Assembly: GCF_052425735.1 (NCBI RefSeq) | Contig: NC_135767.1 | Span: 5,952,001 to 6,016,000, forward strand | Direction of reading: 5' to 3' | Origin: Oculina patagonica | Taxonomy: Eukaryota | DNA: 64,000 nucleotides | Part shown: one piece after another, positions 56,521-64,000 of the stretch | Layout of the letters: each line of letters opens with the position of its first letter | Position numbering within the stretch: position 1 is the stretch's first letter | The notes under the pieces: model-generated | Database searches by the model: none | Seen by the model: the letters and a program-made list of their open reading frames with translations, nothing else | Told to the model about the DNA's origin: nothing | Position numbers and translations under genes: made by a program

Positions 56521-57484
56521 AAGACTAGTCGCTGTGTAAATCGATATAAAGTTGCAAAGTACAATTGATAGTGTCCAAATAGCGCGTAAAACAACAGCTT
56601 AATTCATTTTTTTACAATGTGCAAAATAGCTTTCATAGTATATCATTATGTAAGCTGGTTAAGTCTCCTACAATTAAATAAATTGTCGACTCTAAGAAGC
56701 ATATGCTAATATTTGAATGACAATTGTAATATCTAGTGAACAATTTTATCCGGCTTTTAAATTTTTGTGTAAATAGATCTTTATATCTTTAGCATCTTGC
56801 AATGTCTAAAAGCATATTGATATTCTGTGTTCCTGAGCCCCAACAGAAAAAGAAACGATCATTAATTTATAAAGCTTACTTAATACCTTTAAATACAATA
56901 ATAAAGGATTTTTAATAATCAATCCAATGTGCTAGGCGCGCGATTAGAAAAATAGGTTTTATTTTAATGACTAGATTTGATTACTACTCAAAGGCTCTGC
57001 GTCAAAATAACGGAAGAACTTGAAATGCGCCCATTCTTTTTATTTTGATAAGATATAAAAATATCTTATGTTTAAAAAGATATTTGAATGATACTGTATC
57101 TCATTCGGTCTTCGAGAACTCTAACAGCTTGTAAAAATTAGCACAATCTCAATTATTTTGATTTTTAACAAGTGAGCGATGGAATATCTTAGCAACTGAC
57201 AGATCTATCCGTTTTTTACTCAAACGTTTGCGAAAATGAGTCTAATGCAATTAAAACTGGACCTTTGAGGATAATTAGGGAGTCAGGTAATAAAAAGAGA
57301 CATTTAAAAAGCAAATAAGAAGAATAGACCTTTACAAAGCAAGAGGGCGTGTTATCTGCGACATTAAAAAAATCATCATCTCACTAACAAAGCTACAAGC
57401 TGAAACTTTTAGTTGTAGCTTCGTACTTTTCTCGACTTTAAGCACTCTTTAAGGTAAGCCTGATTTTCTGACCACCCAAGATCA

Positions 57485-58396
57485 ATGGCAAACTTTACTG
57501 GAGAAGGAAACTACACAAGTAAACTGAACCAAGCACTCAGCGAACAACCAGCAGGCGTAGCTGAATTTTTTTCAGCTTTGAACATCTTCCTTTCCATCAC
57601 CGCTGCTGTGGGCAATGCTCTGATCCTTTTTGCTCTTAAAAATGTCTCTTCTATTCATCCCCCGACAAAACTCTTCTTTCGATGTCTGGCGGTCACTGAT
57701 CTTTGCGTTGGTCTTTTTTTACAGCCACTCTATGCAAGTACTATTATGTCTCGTATAATGAAGATGAACGTGAATGTTTTGTACTATGTTTACAACGTTT
57801 ATGCAGCTTCGAGTTATATTTTGTGTGGAGCATCTGTCTTGACTTCGACAGCAATAAGTGTGGACAGACTTCTCGCACTGTTGCTGGGACTGAGATACAG
57901 ACATGTCGTAACATTGAGGCGAGTTCGTGTAGTCATAACTTGTTTTTGGCTTATTGCTTCAGGTGGATGTTTCAGGGTGTGGAGAGAAGATATCCCTTAT
58001 AAGGGAACGATTTTTCTCGTAATACTTTGTCTGGTAACTTCCAGTTTCTGTTACACGAGGATTCACCTCAAACTACGACATCAACGATTCCAAGTGCAAA
58101 ACAATGTCCCCCACGGACAACAGAACGGAGAAGGGATTCCACTAAACATAGCAAGATACAAAAAGACAGTTTCCAGCATTATGTGGGTGCAGTTGGCATT
58201 AGTTACCTGCTATGTTCCGTGGGGCATAGCCGCAGCGCTATATCCGAATTATAATGCAATAGAACACGTGGCTTGGTTTACTGCAATAACTCTAGTTTTC
58301 CTAAACTCATCTCTAAACCCGATGTTGTACTGTTGGAAAATCAGGGAAGTGGAACGAGCAGTTAAAGGCACAATCAGGCAGCTTTACTGTTTTTAA
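57485..58396 (+). CDS. Intronless class A GPCR, 303 aa, intact
   Basis: 7TM; GN, LAVTD, DRL, CYVPW, NPMLY. Confidence 0.93.
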   Translation: MANFTGEGNYTSKLNQALSEQPAGVAEFFSALNIFLSITAAVGNALILFALKNVSSIHPPTKLFFRCLAVTDLCVGLFLQPLYASTIMSRIMKMNVNVLYYVYNVYAASSYILCGASVLTSTAISVDRLLALLLGLRYRHVVTLRRVRVVITCFWLIASGGCFRVWREDIPYKGTIFLVILCLVTSSFCYTRIHLKLRHQRFQVQNNVPHGQQNGEGIPLNIARYKKTVSSIMWVQLALVTCYVPWGIAAALYPNYNAIEHVAWFTAITLVFLNSSLNPMLYCWKIREVERAVKGTIRQLYCF

Positions 58397-61300
58397 AAGA
58401 CAAGCTGTGTACACCGACATAAAGTTGCAAAGTACTGAATTGACAGTGTCCAAATAGCGTGAAAAAGTAGCTAAATTCAATTATTACAAAGTGCGAAAAT
58501 TGCCTTCAAATCGAACTGGAATGTATTGACACAAAGCTAGATTACGAACAATAAAATGGTAAACTGTAGACAAGGAACGCTTGCCATTACGCATCCATTT
58601 GGCGAAGTAGCAGCTTTAATAAATTTTAATTTTAATTAGCTGTCATGATTAGCCACAGATGAGTTGGATCTTTAAGAGATGTAAACGTGAGGTTAGGTTT
58701 CACAACAGACATTTAACAGTTGATGCCGATTCCTCGTTGGGCGAGTGCAAATCTATAATATTATGACTTATACCAGAGTTAAAACTTTTGCTAACAGTTA
58801 AGCATATAATCAAGTAAGTGTGATAATTTGTTTGAAGGTTAACACAGAATGTATGATAACAGAAACCTTTAGTTAATTCAAGTAAAATAAGATTCCAAGT
58901 AAAATTGTAAAACGTTCATGTATTTGTTGATCACCAGATGGCAGCGGCAACGAATAAATGAAACCGAAAACTTGAAAATTTTAGCTAAGGAACGGTTAGA
59001 AATATTTCCGCAGTGTTATTTATCAGAATTAAAAAGCTCTGTTATTCGTGACTGTTTCTGTCGAACCACAGTTTAGAAAATAACAAAACGCAGCGCAATT
59101 GTGCCTGTGGATGGGTGCAAATCTAGAATATTATACCTATACCAGAGTTAGGATTATAATCAAGTGTGATAATTAGTGATAGGTTAACACAGAATGTAAA
59201 TTAATGTAAAATAAAATGCGACCAATTTTTTCAAGTTTATTTTTCATAATCCGTCTTCATCGTCATCAGTCGTATTAAACCATAGTTTATCTCTAGTTGA
59301 TCATTACTTCTTAGGTGTCTTACTACCTAAGAAAACTATAACTTTTTAAGGTTTCTTTAAGTTTGAAAGTAATTTTGTATATCAGAAAAAAAAAACTTTA
59401 ATAACATATCGTGACATATTTAATTAGAAAAAGACACAAAGAAATCTTCGAAATATGGAAAATGCTTCTTCATGAGAGCTGAAAAAGCCGTATTTAACAA
59501 ATGAATAAATTAACCAAGTACTTGTGAATGAACATTAGTGCAAATACAAACTTCCCCAACAAGGGATCTAAGGCAATCTTAGGTCACCCTCCAACATTTC
59601 TCCAGCAATTCGCTGATGTTCATTTATAAAGCTGGGCTGAGTAAAGTGCGAGTCTTTCTTTCCTATAACACGACCCGCTGCAACTCAACAAATCACAAGG
59701 ACATCTGGAGCAGACGAAAGAACCACCAACTAGACCAGCTCACAACATAGGCAACCACCGTGACTAAGGTTCTATTCCGTAATAAATGAAAAAAAAATAT
59801 AATTCGAGTCTTAAGGGTTTTATAATCCAGTTGGCAATAGAACTCGGCAAATTATGTCCAGTGCAAGCAATGTTGTGAAAAATATTGAAAAAGTACTGAC
59901 TTTTATTTTACTAAGTTTTTATTTCCACTTTAGGTTTCTCCGTCTGAAGTGATAAACTGTTGGCTTCTCAAGTCCCAGATACGTATTTTCTAAGTTATCG
60001 AGCCATTTTTTAAGGTACATCTTAACGGGGAACGCAAATTTCGATTTCAGATCACCTGCACTTGTAAGAGGAAGTGTTAAGAGAAAATTAATTCTGGTCT
60101 TGCCCACGCTACCAGACTACGCAACGACAAATATTTATTTTGTTAAAACCACTATAACTTGCTTACAAGTCGAGCTCTGGGCACGCGAGCACGAGAGAGG
60201 GGGCTTTCTGAACTAGGAGCGAACACCTTTCACGGCTTTCTGTTGGGTATCCGTTTTTCAGATCAGAGCCATTTTTGGCACAATATTCTGGAAATAAACA
60301 TCGATGACTATCTTGCCATTTGACAACATTCATTTTTTGTGTGTGTTGCCTGAGCTTCACATGTTAAATTTTCCACCCTTCTAAAGGTAAACTTTAAATT
60401 AATTGCTTCTCGCAAAACAAATATTTTGCACTACGCAGTGTGGCAGCATTCAATTGGCTAGACAAGAATTTACTTTTTCTAAAAATTTCCGCTTGCATGT
60501 GTAGGTGAAAAAATTAAAGGAGTTTAAGTTTCGGAATACATTAGGAATGCCTTTCCTTGAAAAAAAGGTTTGTCCTCCAGAGGTTTAAAACACTTTGCTG
60601 CAGAATATAATTTCATTCAATTTTCTGGAGAATATAATTGTATTTATCGCCAGTTCAAAGTGAATTGAGCACATCCCAAACGTTATCTGCCATTTTCTTT
60701 AAACCAGGTTAACGGCCCTGCCGGTCAAATTTTCAAGCCTGCTTAAACACAACCGATGCTAATTGACACCGAAAAAAACTAATAGACAATTAGAATACAG
60801 TTGTGCCCGGCTCTAAAACTGTCTATTTATAGCTTGGATCATTGTGGCGTTAAAATGCATATAGATAGACATTTTGTCAGAACAGCTACAAACTCACACA
60901 TAAAAACGATCATTTTTTCCGCTGACTCGTATGTACCTTTAACAAGTCGATCACCATTATGAAGGATTTTTTAATAATCAAAGCTAATCAAGCCGATATC
61001 GATGTGCTTCGTGCGCAATTTCAAAATTGGTTAAATTTATCTTAATTACTAAGAGAAAGAACGGCTTACAGCTGTAAAATCTATCGATAGACTGGAGAAG
61101 ACTCTACACCCTAAGACGGCAGTAATAATATTTTCAAAGACCTTGTTGCTAAAAAGATTTGTGACCGATGCTATGTTTTCGGTCTTTATTGGACTCTAAC
61201 AGCTCAGAAAAAATAAAATTAGATCAGTTTTTTTTTTGAGTTGTAACGAATATGATATCTTACCAACTGACAGATCTATCAAGTTAAAAACAAATATTCA

Positions 61301-61496
61301 TTCCTTTAAAAATAAATAGGAAGTCCTACACAAACACTTACAGAGCACAAGCGGATGTGTTATCAGCGACATATAAAATCACTATCTCACTAACGAATCT
61401 GCAAGCTTAAACTCTCAAAAAGTCTCAAAATTTCATACCTTGCTTAACTTCAAGAACTCTTAAAGGGAAAATTAATTTTCTGACCACCCAAGAACA

Positions 61497-62396
61497 ATGG
61501 CGAACTTTACTGGAGAAGGAAACTACACAAGCAAACTGAACCAAGCACTCATAGGCATAGAATTTTTTTCAGCTTTGAACATTTTTCTTTCCATCACCGC
61601 TACTGTGGGCAATGCTCTGATCCTTGTGGCTCTGAAGAATGTCTCTTCTATTTATCCTCCGACAAAACTTTTCTTTCGATGTCTGGCGGTCACTGATCTT
61701 TGCGTTGGTCTTATTGTGCAACCACTTTATGCGACCAGCATTTTGTCTCTTATAATAGAGATGAACGTGAATGTTCTGTACTACGTTCACAACGTTTGGG
61801 GAGCAACAACTTTTATTTTATGTGGCGTATCTGGCTCGACGTCGTCAGCAATTAGTGTGGACAGACTTCTCGCACTGTTGCTGAGACTGAGATACAGACA
61901 TGTCGTAACATTGAGGCGAGTTCGTGTAGTCATTACTTGTTTCTGGCTAATTGCTGCTTCAGGTGGATTGCTCTGGGTGTGGAGAAAAAAGATCGCCAAC
62001 ATGGAAGCCTCTGTTTTATTAATACTTTGTCTGGTAACTTCCATTTTCTGTTACACGAGGATCCACCTCAAACTTCGACATCAGCAAGCCCAACGACAAA
62101 ACAATGTCCCCCACGGACAACAGAACGGAGAAGGGATTCCACTAAACGTAGCAAGATACAGAAAGACAGTTTCCAGCATTATGTGGGTGCAGTTGGCATT
62201 AGTTGCCTGCTATGTTCCGTGGGGTATTGTGGCTGTGCTAGATGCGAATGGAATTGAACATGAACTCGTGACTTTGTTTACTACAGAAACACTAGTCTTT
62301 CTAAACTCATCTCTAAACCCAATCTTGTACTGTTGGAAAATCAGGGAAGTGAAACAAGCAGTTAAAAGCACAATCAGGCAGCTTTTCTGTTTTTAA
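61497..62396 (+). CDS. Intronless class A GPCR, 299 aa, intact
   Basis: 7TM; GN, LAVTD, DRL, CYVPW, NPILY; short in-frame N-terminal deletion. Confidence 0.93.
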   Translation: MANFTGEGNYTSKLNQALIGIEFFSALNIFLSITATVGNALILVALKNVSSIYPPTKLFFRCLAVTDLCVGLIVQPLYATSILSLIIEMNVNVLYYVHNVWGATTFILCGVSGSTSSAISVDRLLALLLRLRYRHVVTLRRVRVVITCFWLIAASGGLLWVWRKKIANMEASVLLILCLVTSIFCYTRIHLKLRHQQAQRQNNVPHGQQNGEGIPLNVARYRKTVSSIMWVQLALVACYVPWGIVAVLDANGIEHELVTLFTTETLVFLNSSLNPILYCWKIREVKQAVKSTIRQLFCF

Positions 62397-62544
62397 AAGA
62401 CTAGCTGTGTAGATCGACAAAAAGTTGCAAAGTACAATTGACAGTCTCCAAATAGAGTGAAAAAAGTAGCTAGATTCATTTCCTTTATTGTGCAAAATTG
62501 CCCTTAAATCGAACCGCCAGATCACGAATGAAAAATTGCAAAAC

Positions 62545-64000
62545 TGTACTTCTTTGAAGGAGGGATCTGCAAAGGAAGAGAAAACATAACGTTATGAGTA
62601 TATCAGTGTCTCATTAATCATTAATCAATACATGTTATAGCAAAAGTTATAGCATAACTTAGTAAAACGCACGTTTTGGTTGGGTAATTTAGTTTTTACT
62701 ATTCGCCCATGGGTGGACGCTGACAAATGCCTTAACCTTTAGCGCGTGCGCTGATGTGACGCGACATGACGCAAGCGATCAACTCGGTGCCTTCGAGATA
62801 CTGGAATTCAGTATACTTCCCATACCGTTTAATCAGCTTTGCATTTTGTTTTCCTAAAATTATAGCCCGCAGCCACGACCGTAAAATATTTTTTAACTTG
62901 TACAGGACGAAACTTTGTTCTAGGAAAGGCATTTTAAAGCAGCCTGGTGCTTATCCGTTTATGACCCCGCAAAGTCTGGGATGGTGACGTCACCGCTCTT
63001 GATAGAGCCCAGACTCCCTTAAGCCGAGAAAGCCTAGAAACTAGGCTGATTTAAAGGTCCATTTTTACCAGATCACCTGCACTTGTAAGCGGAAGTGTTT
63101 AGAGAAAATAAGTTCTTCACTGAGCCCACTCTACCACACTGCGCAACGACAGATGTTTATTTGGTCAAATTTAAGTCCTTATGAATGAGCATTTGGCACA
63201 TAAAACACAGTTCTTCTTTTAATTTACCACGTTTTTTACTTCCTATGCAGGTGTCCTTATCTGGAGTAATTTCCGCTGCACGACTGAACTGTCGTGATGC
63301 TTTTAAGCGCGAAACGTTTGGGTTTGAAGTTCAATGTGAACTTGGCATTATATACTAATGACAATTTTCTTCAGTTATTACAACAAACAAGTGCCAATCA
63401 GCGTACGCAGAATAATAACTTCGAATACGGTATGCCAGTGTGTAGGATGGTTAAGGCTCCTACCATGAAATAAATTGTCAACTCTAAGAAGTATATGCTA
63501 ATATATGTTTGACTTTTGTAATATCCGGTGATCAATAATTGCCTCAGCTTGAAATTGATAAATGACAAGGAAACAATTTTCACTGGCTTTAAAATTTTTG
63601 TGTCAATAGATCTATACAGTTTTAGCATCTTGCAGTGTTTGAATACATCTTATATTGATATTTTGTTTTCCTGAACCCCGACCGAAAATCAAATGATCAT
63701 TTATCCAGCCTACTCGAAACCTTCAATCACAATTATAAAGGATTTTAAATAATCAAGCCCGATGTGGTAGAAAAATTGGGTTTATTTTAATTACTAGATT
63801 TAATTACTACTCAAAGGCTCTGCGTTGATAACAGGGAAACTTAAACTGCGCCAATTCTTTTTATTCAATATCTTATTTCAAAAAGATATTTGACCAATGC
63901 TATTTCATTCGTTCTTCAGGTTAAGTCTAAAAGCTTTGGAAAAAAACACTATCTTAATTATATTTGTTGTTTTTTTTTTAATTAGTAAGCGATATTATAT
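62545..64000. repeat. Duplicated GPCR flank modules: inverted copies of ~46880-47800 and ~42170-42830
   Basis: cgtcaccgctcttgatagagcccagactcccttaagccgagaaagcc is the reverse complement of 47356-47402; 63870-63940 is the reverse complement of 42223-42290. Confidence 0.8.

Noticed and set aside
239-63628. Numerous short ORFs in the track that are antisense or out of frame to Kelch, viral and GPCR genes or lie in repeats
   Set aside because: Shadow ORFs, mostly with non-ATG starts and no motifs; they recur only because the underlying genes or repeats are duplicated

Overview
Eukaryotic (animal) genomic DNA; the repeat and gene families suggest a cnidarian, probably a stony coral (inference). 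There are three blocks. (1) 1-36.4 kb: a cluster of five single-exon BTB-BACK-Kelch (KLHL-like) paralogs, two intact, two frameshifted and one cut by the window edge, interspersed with MITEs. (2) 15951-32192: a 16.2-kb, nearly intact endogenous Polinton/Maverick-like virus inserted in that cluster and flanked by a GGTCG target-site duplication. It encodes protein-primed PolB, a retroviral-like integrase (one homopolymer frameshift), an A32/FtsK packaging ATPase, probable major and minor jelly-roll capsid proteins and about seven small or large membrane-anchored proteins. No adenain protease is recognisable. Its most unusual features are: each end is a long self-complementary hairpin whose two arms co-vary within an end while the two ends differ from each other; a ~300-nt GC-rich multi-stem non-coding region lies downstream of a TATA/NRF1/CRE-like promoter; and its membrane proteins carry ESCRT late-domain-like (PSAP, YPxL) and trafficking motifs. 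(3) 40.3-64 kb: a birth-and-death array of intronless class A GPCRs (4 intact, 4 pseudogenes, 1 fragment) arranged as a large imperfect inverted block. All assignments come from motif recognition by eye; no database searches were run.
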